The notes below the pieces were generated by a model. That model made no database searches, was not told the origin of the DNA, and worked only from the letters and a program-made list of their open reading frames with translations. Positions 14,123-27,226 of a stretch of 64,000 nucleotides of DNA are shown here, in pieces. Position 1 is the stretch's first letter. The number at the start of each line of letters is the position of its first letter. The stretch is from Trichoplax adhaerens (lineage: Eukaryota > Animalia > Placozoa): positions 434,001-498,000 of the forward strand of contig NW_002060969.1 in the NCBI RefSeq assembly GCF_000150275.1. Direction: 5' to 3'. Both the position numbers and the translations under genes were made by a program.

Positions 14123-16222
14123 ATGGTGAGTCTAGACATCGGTTACAGGATTTAAAAGTATTTTATGAAGTTTAAATTTTAATCGCTATAATTACGATTA
14201 CCTATAGTTTCGCAACCAGTATGATAGCGATGTCACAGTATGGAGTCCACAGGTATGATGTTTGAGATTTTAGCACTTATAAATCATAGATGTGCTTACA
14301 GTATACTGTCTATCAATTACTGTATTCTTCTCTTTACCTAAGAAATGGAAGTAAAATTGTCTAATATTAAAGGTTAATTCATTGTAGGGAAGGCTATATC
14401 AAGTTGAATACGCAATGGAAGCCGTTAAACAAGTACATAGAATGAAAAAAAATTAGCAGTACTTAATTAACGTCTATTTCAGTCTTCTTAATTTGCAGGA
14501 CTTACGAAATAATTCGACCTAAAGTTTAAAAGCTTATTAATCTTGCTATTTAAAAGGGTGCTGCAGTTGTTGGAATAAAATCAAGGACCCACGTTGTTTT
14601 AGCGGCTTTTAAAGTACGTATTGATATATTGTGTAAGAATTTTTTGTGCTTCCTTTATAATGTGCTGTATACTTGCTGTTTTACAGCGCGCTACTGACGA
14701 TTTAGCTGCAAATCAAAAGAAAGTTTTGGCAATAGATGACCACATTGGTGTAGGGTTTTCCGGTTTAACAGCGGATGCTCAAGTCTTAACGTTCGGAGCT
14801 TTGGAACATTTGAACTTGCAACTAACTTTTACTAGTAGCAGTCATGATATAACTTTCGATTTCTCTATTATAGGAAATTTTTAAGAACTGAATGTTTAAA
14901 TTCGAAATATGCCTATAATACGCCTCATTCTGTTACTAGGCTCATTGCCGCATTAGGAGCGAGTATGCTAAGTCGAGTAGTAATAATAAATCATTATCCA
15001 TAGATAATGTGTACTACATTAAGTGATGCCGCGCAGGTATTAGAATATAACTTCTGTAACATCTCGATTTAAACACAGAAATGCAGATTTGTACACAAGT
15101 ATACGGCCGGAGACCATTTGGCGTCGGGTTTCTAGTTGCTGGATTTGACGTAAGCTATGGCATATACTTACATCTTATTCTATGCTTTCTTTGAGAAAAT
15201 ATATATATTCAACGATTTAGGAAACTGGAAGTCACTTAATTCAGACATGTCCATCTTCCAATTATTATGATTGCAAGGCGATGGCTATTGGAGCAAGATC
15301 TCAGGTACTATTTAATTAACCCTACGTACTATAGAACAAGAAATATCGATATTAAAGTGATCATAAAATATATTCGGTTTTAAAGTCTGCCAGAACGTAC
15401 ATGGAAAGGAAACTGGAAGAATTTGAGGATTGTTAGTGCATTTTCCTAATACTGTCTACCTTAGATCCTTAATAGTCTTGATTAAAAAATTAAATTTATA
15501 AAACATGTGATTTGTGATTTCAATTATTAGGCGACCGAAATAAGTTAATTACACATGGTTTAACTGCTTTAAGAGAATGTCTATCTGACGGAGACCTTGA
15601 TACAAAGGTTAAGCCACGGAAACCACAATCATTAAAATCTTTCACTGCAATATTATCTGATATAATTGATATTGATAAAACAGTGTATTCGATATCTGCT
15701 TGATTAACCCTTTGTGTCATTATAGAATTGTTCTATGGCCGTGGTCGGGAAGGGAGAGAATTTTCAAATATATGATGGGGACGCTATCGCTTCATTTATA
15801 TCTTTTACATTGTGACAGTTTAGGAATACAACTTTTGGTACATTAACACTTAGCAAACACCTAACAATGCTAACAATTTACCTCTATATTTTGACCTTAA
15901 TAAATTCCGTAGCTAACACTTATTGATAAAGACGTCGCGGTAAGTTAGCTTAACTTATATAGTATGTTTTATTATTGTTTCTTCAATAATTTCTAAAAGC
16001 TGTGCTCGGTGTTAGTTACTTCATGGGATAAACTACTAATTCCATAGTACTGTACCTGTCAATTAGTTAAACTTTTTTCTTATGGTAATACTGATTGCAA
16101 AGCTGCTACAGATCTGCCAGCTATTCGCCATAAATGTTGCTAAATTTCATTTATTAAGCCGTCTGAAATTATTATAGGGTACAACTCAGCCAGGAGGTGA
16201 AGCGATGGATACTTCAACATAG
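14123..16222 (+). CDS. PSMA1: Proteasome subunit alpha type-1 (alpha6)
   Basis: ATG-only first coding exon, then [87 protein letters not shown], ending GEAMDTST*. Confidence 0.95.
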
Positions 16223-17957
16223 ATTACTGTTCGTATCATACATAATACGTTTATCATTATGAAGTACAATTAGGTCACGGTCCGGATGTTCTTTAATAAT
16301 TCCTAGAACTGTTACAACTTTTTTTAATAGATACGCGTATGTACATAACATACGTTCTATTTGTAATCTGCAAATAAGTTTATTTACGATTATTGTGCGA
16401 TATATGCAAACCATCGCTACTACCCATTGATTTATGTTTTTGCTTCTTACTTGTACCGTAATACTATCAATAGTACCGATGATTGTGTTTATTTAATTAC
16501 TATTACGAAACTTTCCCACGAATAAACCGTATGATTTAATGTATTTGTTCGATGTTAATTTGAGAACTATATTCATATGAATCAAAATTTCGATAGAATA
16601 GATGAGATACAGCATACGCTTACTGGGAATTAAAATCATGGAAGAGTGAAAGCGTTATCTAGCCTTCTTCACCTGACAACTTTACTGTGCAACGGCAAAT
16701 ACGGAAATATTTATTTAAAAAAATCCGGTATTCGGAATCAGACTAACAAACTCAATATATGAAAATGAAAATATCCCTCGCCGATTGTGTAGTACAAATA
16801 TAAGGATTCTAATACGGCTTGAAAAATCATGACCAGAATATAGTACAGGAAGCGATTTAGTGAACTGTAGTAATAAATACATGACAATTATATGTCGGCT
16901 AGCACTATTTGCTATGCAAACGTTTAAAATCGGTATTAATAGGTGATTACTTCATAAAATTATTTGCAATGCAAACGATACCAAAAATATTACACCATTG
17001 ACTGAAAACTTGCTTTGGCATTGTATTCTACTATATACTCATCGAGGCTACCACCGTGACTTACAACATGAATACTGTAGTAACAGGTTGTACCTATGAA
17101 TTACTTTTTAACATTCGTACTATCGAACTGAGAAATTAGGATAACCTTCCTACTGGGTTTACCCTAAAATGGGTCCCAGTAATAACATACACTTACTGAA
17201 GTGCAGTACTAAATCATATCATATCATGTGAGAAGTAAAGTATTCGTATACTGTATATACCACTAGAAGAAGCCTAAACTTAGGCATTCCCCTAGTGGTC
17301 CATGATTCATAAATATATAATCACCTAATAAACGCTGTGATAATCTTTTGCTCTGATCAGACTTAAAGTATGACCGGAGTAATATAATGGTATAATTGCA
17401 TTCCAGTTTACAACGGTATCACCTATAAAGTTTTGTTCTCATATAATATCGGCTATTCAAGGTACGCGTATATAAAAAATCCCATTTCATAATTATTAGG
17501 ATTTTAGCCTAAAATATTCATATCATTATATCAATCAAAATGAAATTTCTTTTTATTATCTACTTAATGTTAGTTATCACTGCGTAACCTTACATTTACT
17601 CATAACTATATTATACTAGGTACCAAACATGAAGAAATAAAATATGCGTATAAGAATGTACAATTGTACACCGTGTTACGTCATGTCTCTGTAAAACCTC
17701 TGTGAATATTGACACAGTGACAAACACAAGCTTAGGTGATTAAGAACTCGTTTATTGCAATATCATCTTATCAATGAGTATTGTACCTGATCCGCGTACC
17801 AAAAATACATTTAAAAGTGGAGTTCATACCAGATCACACAATCAAGACATTGTTACATACTGTACATAATCTATAAATAAAGCATAATCATTTCAGCTAC
17901 AGTACAAAATATAATACTATATGATGCTATATGATATTATATGACATGTACAGTACG

Positions 17958-19864
17958 TCACTCGTGAACCTCATAATTAGGTTTATGAACATAAAAATTT
18001 ATTTTGATACGATCATATCGAACGTGGTTATCTTCGTCGATATCATCTTTCGTGATTATTGCTGAAAGTAAAAAATCACTGGGAAATATCCGATCGATAA
18101 AGTTTGCATAAAAATTCTATAGCGATACTTTTATCATGTTGGATACTAATAATTTTGCATAAACTCTCAGAACCTAACTTGCTGTAGGTAACGATCTAAT
18201 CCTTTTATATGCTGGTTGTAACGGTCATGTATGTAAGAATGCCGTACTTGTTTTACTGCACTTAATGTATTGTCAATTTGTCATGAATTACTAAGATAAG
18301 GGTATAATACGTTATTACGGCTATACTGTACTATTTAAATGCAGTAAATCCTAAATAAGGATTAGATTTTAGTAAGCTTACTAGGAGTGTATCAAAAGCT
18401 ATCGTGCCCACGTTAACGACAAAGAGTAGAAACACAACAGTAACTGCACTTTATAAACTCCTGATAGTCTACGCATAGAAATATCGCTCTGGATTAATAG
18501 CAGAATTGTGTCGGAATTGTCTTTGAAGAAACTTCGCTCATATACATACAGTACGCGCACAATATGCCACATCAACGAATTCATCACGTAAAAGTCTTGA
18601 TACTACTGTAGGCCTAGCCTGCCGCATTGAGAAATCCTTCAGTAATATTCTTATAAACAACCATGAAAGTGCCAAAATGGTAATTTGAAAATTTAATAGT
18701 AAAAGTGTCATTGGAGTCTTTCTGAATCCTGAATTTGCTATGATATCGTTAATATTCTATCATCTCTTTTTGGCGTGAATAATAAAGAAGAAAGTAGCAA
18801 AACAGTACCCAGAATGCAAAGGGAAAGATTATTGTTATCATCAAATCCAATTAATTTCTTAATTTTTTCGTGCTTCGGTATGGACAAAAACCTGACGTGC
18901 CGTCAGGTCTAAAAGACGACTGATTTGTACCAAAATCACTAAAAAGTATCTCTAAAGTAGGACATGCTAGAGTTAATTAAGATTTGAATGTAATTGATAC
19001 CGTGATCCATGATTGATAGTTATCAAACCATTGCGTGATGCATAAATAATTATTATTATTATCACTCGCCAAGCTGAGATGGACGCTAGGTAGTTCCGGC
19101 AAAGTGATTATACCCCTTTCTTTGTATTTAAAGTTACCGTTGCTGTAAAAATCGTGTTTAAATAAAATAGAAATAAATAAAGTTAGAATGAAATAGCAAC
19201 TTTAAGTCTAACATATGGCTACAGATAGCAGAAAATCAATTTTTGATCTATGCATAGACACCTACAGTACTGTACCATTACAATAAGAGTGATGGTTGCT
19301 TTAAATAAATAAATAAAATACTCATAAAAGTGCGAATTTCTAGCATCGGACTTTAGCATCCTACCTCCGCAAACTAACCTTGCAGTAAATCTACTCCTGT
19401 AACGCTACCGATATCTTTTATATCGATAAATAAGCCATTGGAAATATAGTTGCCAAGTCACCATACTTATCATAGCTGGCTGGAACACTCAAATTTTTAT
19501 TTTCAATTGCATATTTTCGCTGATCAAACGCTGATCGCTTGGCTATATCTACTGAATTCCACTCAGGACTGATATTAATCTCTGATGAGTCGTAAATAGA
19601 AAGGACAGAGCCAGATCTGTTAATTTGGCTTTTATTATGGAAGCTGTTAACTGATCGCTGATCCAAGCAATTGCAATTTCTGTTAAAAGACTTCGGTAAC
19701 GTGCTAACAACCTCCGCAGGGTTTGCGGACCACCGCAAATTAGATGAGTGATATCCTTGCGTTTTTTGATTGGTGAATGGTCGCCGGCCTGCGCTTGGTG
19801 TAAAGCTTTTGCTACGCGTAAGCAATTTAGTTTCTAAATCCATATCATAACAATGGGGTTTCAT
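17958..19864 (-). CDS. Uncharacterised multi-exon gene (exon chain unresolved, possibly degenerate)
   Basis: 148-aa Ser-rich ORF at 19418-19864 followed by several exon-like blocks with GT/AG borders (e.g. NGNFKYKERGIITLPELPSVHLSL, PTVVSRLLRDEFVDVAYCART). A small TACAG cluster lies at its 5' end. Confidence 0.5.
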
Positions 19865-20739
19865 AATAAGATTTCGATTGAAAAAATGAACGGTAAATTA
19901 ATTAAAAGATAATTACACAAATGAAGCAACAAGTACTGTACACTGCTATTACTATAAATTAACTGCTGCTCAGACATGTGCGAATAAGTACTGTACTGTA
20001 CAGTGCTGTAAAATTCTAAACTCTATTAAAACTGGTACACTGTATACTGAAGTACTGTATTTCACTCAGTAAAAAAGTAAATAAGTATATTTATTTATTT
20101 AACACGGGGTTCTATGACTTCTATCCTAAACTAACCGTAAGCGATTTTTTGACACATACTGTATATTTTTAATAATTCATTGACTTCAATTTGAATTAAC
20201 TATCATATTAACAAATAACTCACGAACACAACAAGAGCGCCGTATAGGTATACTAATATAAACATTATTATTTAAAGGTACGGGCACCAAGATTAAATTT
20301 CAAAAAATCCTCCCCATCAGCAACCAATTCAGCAAAATTGTAAAGTAAAAAGTATTAGTGCAGATACAGTACGCGAAGTATAACGAGCGTGGGTTCTATC
20401 ATTGACTTCTAAGAGCTATTCCTTGAAGAAGTCTCTGTTATGTATGATAGACTGGTAATGTCTAGGAATTAGGGCAGATAAAATTGCATAGCTGCCTAGC
20501 TGATAAGATAACCGTATAATACGAATACCGTAACTGTATTGACACATTCACTAGTAACTTACTAATACGTATGTAATATACATACAGTATATATCACTTG
20601 TGGGGAAGGCAACCCAGAATAAAAAAGTGGACTCCTCGCTTCAGGCTCCTTTGCAGTGTCTAATCCAGTATTGCGTGATTGAGCTAGTAGTGTCCCACTA
20701 GAGAACATAACGGTCTCTAGTTCTGTCTAGACTTAATTA

Positions 20740-22380
20740 CTACAGTAGTTGGTACACACGCGAAGCAGAACGAGCGAGTGCTGTAATACTGTGATTGTAT
20801 GTACTGTGTACTGTACTTAGATCAAGCATGTAGTTACTGGTATTGCATGTACCTGTTTCGTCTCTAATCATTTTTCTCCTGCGCTTGCTGTCAGTTTGAA
20901 CCCTTTTTTTTGCCTTTTCGCCGTACAATCTTGTGAACTGATTTCGAGTTTTTAAGGATACATTGTAAGCGAGGCGATAATACATTCGTGCTTTTTTTAA
21001 GTCCCTATACCTACCAAAATCACTCTCTAAAATTCTCCCTAAACGATAATAGACATTCGCGGAGGGATCTTCAACAAGGGATGCCCTGTAGGATACAAAA
21101 GTTTGATCGAGGTACTCTTTACTCTCTTTCAGACTTCCACTATGATCATCATTTGCTTTCATTTTACCGAGATAATAAGTAGCCAGTCGATTAGTCGATG
21201 TATCAATCGGCGAGTTATCTTTAGCGAAATGTAACAATAGACTTGCCTTTTTATCAGCAGAAGGTAATAATTTATGCTGAAGTAGTAATTTTGCTATATA
21301 TGGATAAGCTTCATCATATCCAAGGCTTGCAGCCAAAGCAAAATAATGCATCGCAGCAGTTATATCTTTCTTCGCACCAATCCCTTTGTAGTAGATGAAG
21401 GCCAGCAAGAAAGAGGACCACTGATTAGCGAAACTAAATATAAAATCTGATCTAACAACGGATTCTTCTAATAGCTGAATTGCAAGAAGAGGATTTTTTT
21501 TTACGCCTCCTAGACCATATAAAAACATCAAGGCAAAGTAGTACGAAGCGAAAGCTGTCGGGAAGTTCCTATAAAGGAACTCTACGTAACCTCGACAACA
21601 GTATGAAGAATTCAGATCTTTAAGGTCCTCTGAATAATACAGAGATACCATTATACTTATTGCTACTGGATGTCCATAATCGGCAGCCAATTTTAAGTAT
21701 TTATTATATTTGCTAATATTCTTAGGGTATCCATATCCCAGATAGTATATCCAGTAAGATATATTCCAATAGGCATCAGCATTTCCTAACTTTGCAGCTT
21801 TACGAAAACATTTTATTGCCTTTTTGTAAGACTTTTTTCGTTCTAAGATATTCCAACTACCCTTCAGTATCAATACATAGCCTAATCTATTGTAGTTATA
21901 TCCTGATTTATCAGTATCTTCTTCAAATTTCAATCTGGAATAAAATTTAAGTTCCATGCTATTAATTATGTCTCGCCAAGATACAGATTTCTTGCAATGC
22001 CTATACAATTCTTCGTGAGCACCACAGTAATAAACGCTCTGTGATGCAGAGTTGACGTACATCTCTGCCTTAAAGGCAATCATTCTCTCAATATCTTCGG
22101 TACTATCAATAGAATTCTTTTCCCAATCGTATAATTGACAGATTACGAACTGTGCTATGGGATGATTTTTCTTAGCGGCTTTAACATAAAGCCGGAAAGC
22201 TTTATCCAAGTCTTTGGGGGTTGACCCTAAACCATAATGATGGATACGGGCTAATTCGAAACAAGTTGAAGAAAGCTCTTCAGCTTGAAAGGAAATCTTG
22301 CTAGAAACCCTGTCATATAATTGTTTTACTTCAGTAGCATTTACTAAACTTTTAATCAATTGCTCTACTTTTAAGGGCAT
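20740..22380 (-). CDS. SEL1-like repeat (TPR-like) protein, 546 aa, intronless CDS
   Basis: Repeated A.F.LA..Y..G.G..KD..KA..LY.KAA..G...A pattern, e.g. LARIHHYGLGSTPKDLDKAFRLYVKAAKKNHPIAQ and LAFIYYKGIGAKKDITAAMHYFALAASLG. Confidence 0.9.
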   Translation of the reverse strand: MPLKVEQLIKSLVNATEVKQLYDRVSSKISFQAEELSSTCFELARIHHYGLGSTPKDLDKAFRLYVKAAKKNHPIAQFVICQLYDWEKNSIDSTEDIERMIAFKAEMYVNSASQSVYYCGAHEELYRHCKKSVSWRDIINSMELKFYSRLKFEEDTDKSGYNYNRLGYVLILKGSWNILERKKSYKKAIKCFRKAAKLGNADAYWNISYWIYYLGYGYPKNISKYNKYLKLAADYGHPVAISIMVSLYYSEDLKDLNSSYCCRGYVEFLYRNFPTAFASYYFALMFLYGLGGVKKNPLLAIQLLEESVVRSDFIFSFANQWSSFLLAFIYYKGIGAKKDITAAMHYFALAASLGYDEAYPYIAKLLLQHKLLPSADKKASLLLHFAKDNSPIDTSTNRLATYYLGKMKANDDHSGSLKESKEYLDQTFVSYRASLVEDPSANVYYRLGRILESDFGRYRDLKKARMYYRLAYNVSLKTRNQFTRLYGEKAKKRVQTDSKRRRKMIRDETGTCNTSNYMLDLSTVHSTYNHSITALARSASRVYQLL

Positions 22381-22909
22381 TATTGTGGAGTATGTGGTTC
22401 AGCTAGTAAAATAGAAAATAATACAGTATGTGGATACAAAATACTGGAAACTTAATCTTATTCAAATTAACTACAGTGTATCTCGAAGTTTCAAATCCAC
22501 TTATAAAATACGTTTGAGGATTGGACCGATATGATATACATAAGTAGATATTTAAGGGTCTTTTACCTGTTTAAGCAATATGATGTCGTAAATGATTCAA
22601 CGGGGGGTATAAAACGATTCAACTTTCATACAAAAATAACGTACTGGTTGTTGCTTACGATATTCAATTGTTCATATTGTTTAGATTTATTTTGATAAAA
22701 AGGATAATGTTGTCTCTTTCCATCAACTATTGAAGTAAACTATAGGCAATTCTATGGACCTTCCAATCCATAACTACAAGTATCAAGTGTAAATAAAATA
22801 AAGCCAAGAATATCATAGAAACACAGGAGCACAATGAATGTATATTAATTAATTATACATGTAATTATGCTAGCTGGATCACCGCATTAGCCGATTTCTC
22901 ATGACGATG

Positions 22910-22938
22910 CTATATATATATATATATATATATATATA
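22910..22938. repeat. (TA)n microsatellite
   Basis: Perfect TA dinucleotide run. Confidence 0.95.
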
Positions 22939-23503
22939 GCTTACGTATATATATATTAATCCTAAACTGATGAAGCTACTTCATAATGTTTAATTAAATA
23001 TTAGGTTATATCAATTATGATTCAACACACTAAGTTCTGGAATCGATTATAATTATACAAACGCCCGCAAAATCTTCAATCCATATTACGGTACTGTGTG
23101 AACTATTTAGCTATATACTGTAATGTTTTGTCACAAAGACATCGTTCTGGTTTTAGAGATAATGTACTTTATTGAGGCAAATAGAAAGTCATGTATTAGA
23201 ACATAAGATAGAGCAGTTGCTTCCTTCTCAAGACTTTTACATGACACTTCGGTCATCAGTAGAAGATTAGAAGAATGATAGAATGAATCATACTGTATAT
23301 CTACAGAACGTTTTATTTATACTCGTACGCACACTTTACTCGTACTGTATCATACGATTGCGTATACAGTACTATACTGTACAGCTGAAATAGTAAAAAT
23401 TAGAGGTACTGCACAGTATTAATTAATTTTTTTGCCCTTCAGGAGCCACACTGAGCCATAGCCATTCTGTAATTTTTAGGGAACTAAATTGCACTGTTCT
23501 GTT

Positions 23504-23555
23504 CTATCATAGACTACTAGAAATTACAATTAGTGATTCTAGTAGTCCATGGTAG
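23504..23555. repeat. Short inverted repeat (19-bp arms, 14-nt spacer), possible MITE remnant
   Basis: CTATCATAGACTACTAGAA ... TTCTAGTAGTCCATGGTAG, 17 of 19 positions complementary. Confidence 0.7.
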
Positions 23556-24635
23556 TGACCGTAGTGTACTGAGCCATTCAAAAAAAAATCAGCACCTGAA
23601 CAGTGAACAGTTCTAGCATAATACAACTAGCTTTATTTAATCGGATAAATCGCTATGAAGATTATAAATGTTACGAAAACACAGTACAGTACATAGTACT
23701 TTTCAGGATACATAGCCACAGCCACTTTATAAGAAGCCGATATTATTTTATTTAAAAATTTAAAAGTTAATCTTACATTCTTTCAAGAGCTCTTGCCATG
23801 CATTATGTTGCATACTAGCAAATAGCAATACTAGTACGTAATAATACTGTACTGTACAGTATACAGTATAACATGACAATATGTTATACTGTACATACAG
23901 TATTGTGTACTGTATGTACTGTATAATGCAGTATAATTATCCTATAATTATCCTATATTGTATTACACAGCGACACGCACTGGTAATTCGTCATCAATTC
24001 AGAATACGCGTATTCACCTACTGCACATCACAACTACTAGTAAACATAATAGTGGTAATATTATTCACTCTCACAGGCTGCAGTTCAACACGCTCTTTAT
24101 TCCTATTCAGTTACTCTCACGTCTGTGTATTTGCTCAACGTACTTACGATACAAGGCGAGTCCTATTTGTATCATCAAAAACTCTTAGCTAGTATGCCTT
24201 GACATACACATTACGTCACGGTCTTCTAAGCATTACCTAATTGATAATTCTACTGTATGTTTACAATATTACAGTCCAGTTACACCTTTCAAGAATGTTA
24301 GAACAATTCATTATTAAAAAGTTGACTTCTTTATCGGAATAATCAACTGAAGCCACTGACTGAAGCAGCTTCAAATAATACTGCGAGACCATAATTTACT
24401 AATTGCAACATTTCCTCTACAGATAAAAGGGTACGTGTGGGTCCTCCTGGCACCGCAGCAACGTCCAATAATACTGTAGAGTAAAACGTATTGTCCACAA
24501 GGATGCATTCAATTTTAATCAACTGTAAACCCCATAACTTACTTATTAGCTGTAATATATCATCAAACATTTATTTATCATTTTATCACTCGGCAAGTTT
24601 AATTACCAAAAAGTGCTTACCCACCATCTGAGTTA

Positions 24636-25292
24636 TTATCTACGTGATTGTGAATCAAGGGTAAAATCGACTATCCCGCAATCCCAGGGAATAGGATTAA
24701 AATACGACGGTTTTGGCTTAGCTGAAGAGTCATAATAACTAGTTAAAGTTCCATTGATATATCCGTACGCTATATAATTTGAAGGCGAACTTGGTTTCGC
24801 TCTTGCTAGCCACATTCTGTATGCTTCTTGACTTTCACGTCTGCGACGTTCAAAATTTTTTAGAACTTCCGTTCTCTCTTCATTAAATTTCTTCTGTTTC
24901 TGCCTTTCTTGCATTCGCTTCTTATTTATCCATTCTTCGTATATCGCAGCAGCCTTCTTTCCGAGTTCCTCTTTCCTTATTAAATTTTCTTCTTTGGTCT
25001 TAATAGCTTTTCTGGCGTGAAAACTAGCTGCTTGCTCCTCCTTTTGCTTTAGAGATTTTAGCCATTTTCTGTAACTATTTTTTGCCTTCAAACTCTGTCT
25101 TTCCTTTTCAATAGCAGTAGAGTCTTGCTTTTGTTTCTCAGCTTCCACATTAAACTTCTTTTCTTTTAGTCTCTCCTTATTTTTGTATGCTTTCTTTATT
25201 ACCCATTCTTGCCAACTTAACCCATTTCTTGCATATTCATTCTCTGTAGTAAGGCCTTTCTTAATGTTATCGGTAAATCTATTCTGCAGCAT
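24636..25292 (-). CDS. CCDC34: Coiled-coil domain-containing protein 34-like
   Basis: SWQEWVIKK, K/E-rich coiled coil with YRKWL, YEEWI and YRMWL, and C-terminal YYDSSAKPKPSYFNPIPW typical of CCDC34. First ATG at 25292. Confidence 0.8.
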   Translation of the reverse strand: MLQNRFTDNIKKGLTTENEYARNGLSWQEWVIKKAYKNKERLKEKKFNVEAEKQKQDSTAIEKERQSLKAKNSYRKWLKSLKQKEEQAASFHARKAIKTKEENLIRKEELGKKAAAIYEEWINKKRMQERQKQKKFNEERTEVLKNFERRRRESQEAYRMWLARAKPSSPSNYIAYGYINGTLTSYYDSSAKPKPSYFNPIPWDCGIVDFTLDSQSRR

Positions 25293-25519
25293 ATCGAACT
25301 GGATCAAATAAAAATTTGTTATAGCTTGCAAAGTCCGGACGTCAAGTTGACATCTTAACGAATTATGTACTGTACATGAATACCTTTTGATCTTTATCTT
25401 AATCTACAATACTGTATCTAAAATTACTATCAAATTTAACTAACGTCATAAGGTAACAATCACTAGCTCAAGAACCTGATCTAAAGCGGCTTTCACATCA
25501 GATCACACCAGAAAACAGC

Positions 25520-25980
25520 GTAAGTACTGTAGTATCATGGACTGCTAGAAATGTACAACTATAGGCGTACAGTACATTGTACAGTACAATGTGTACAATT
25601 GTACTGTACGTTCGTATTCTTACCTCGTAAATAAGAGTACTGTACTGTACTGTACAGTGTACACCAGTACACTTTCCAGTGGAGAAGTATACAGTATACT
25701 GTATGTCACTGTACAGTATATGAGATACAGTATACAGTATACTGTACTGTACTTCTCTGCTGTACAGTACAGTACAGAACAGTAAATAGTTTTGTATCGG
25801 GTATCATACTGTACTGTACTGTAGATGCAAGATGCAATGTGCGTAATACTGTACTGTACACTGTACTGTACAGTACTGTACAGTATAATGCGATGTACAG
25901 TACTGTACTGTAGTGTGCTATACTGTACTGTGCTATACTGTATGTACTGTACTGTACTGTACTGTACATTACGGTAGTAT
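25520..25980. repeat. (TACAG)n/(CTGTA)n array upstream of CCDC34
   Basis: Dense TACTG runs, e.g. 25944-25965. Confidence 0.9.
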
Positions 25981-27226
25981 TTAAGATATTTAAGATCGCT
26001 TTTGTGAGTTTGCGTTAATAACATATTGCCTGAATTTAGTATGTTATAAACATGTTTAAAACTTACTATTGTTACAGATTACATTAATAATGTTGAGAGA
26101 TTGTAATAAATATAATTTCATTATTCATGGTACCAATGCAAGACAAGTCAGAATCTGAATTACCCGTTTTGTGCTGTTAGTGCGCTCCCATTAATCAGAA
26201 TCTGAATACCTCCTTTTAGTGCGTTTCGTGCGAGAACTTCATGATTCTACAAATCTGTTGTTTTACGCTTGTTAGTTCTACGTCTTAATTGTAAACTGTG
26301 CTATATATGTGCGTATTAATTAATCCACCGTTCTACAAATTCACAAATTATACTGCTTTGTATGTGAAAGGCGCACGTGTATAAATCGCCGTTTTTAATC
26401 AATAAAGACAGAGTAGGAGTACGCGGTTAATTATACAATAACTTCAACTATTTGTACTGTTTTCTATCTCCCTCACTAATTTAGAGCAATACGAACCTTC
26501 AGTATTAACTCTAGATAGTCTTACATCACTGTAAAGTATACCAATGTAGTAGTACGTATGTTGACTAAGAACCTAAGATGAAGAAGCGCTTAGCAAGCTC
26601 TGTCCCTATACAGTCTCCTCGATCATTAATAGAACCTCATAACGTATTTCTCCCTATTATTACCGACTAAAGCAGTATAAACTTCAAAATACCACCCTGT
26701 ATACTAGAGACTAGATTATTACTTCTACTACGTACAGTATATACAACTCGTGTTAAATAAATCCTTTAATTTGATTTAAACAATGAGTTAAATTCGATGA
26801 AGCATTCACCGACATACTGTAGTTGTTAATTCGTCACAGATACAGAATCGATAAGCGATAATATAATAATTATTAATAGTTTAGCTTGAAATTTAGACGA
26901 TTCCTACAAATAATTGCTAAAGCAACGGTCTAAGGAAACTTTAAAATCTGGAAGGCAATAATAATGAATCAGATATTTATATTCATCGGGCTACTCTTGC
27001 ATACATATCTGTATATTATAAACGAGATCCATAAATAAATTTTCATCACTTGATCAACTTCATAGTAGATAAAGCATACTATATCACAGCTATTCATTTC
27101 TTTACAATGCACTGAACAGACAACAATTTACATTACTGCCTGGAATGTATTATAACTTAAAAAGTGCGACAGGCGGAAAAGCTCGATAAAAGAAATGCAA
27201 GCGCATCGATATGTAGTATCTACAAC

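Noticed and set aside
18225-18227. In-frame TGA as selenocysteine
   Set aside because: There is no redox-motif context or recognisable SECIS, and the exon frame itself is uncertain.
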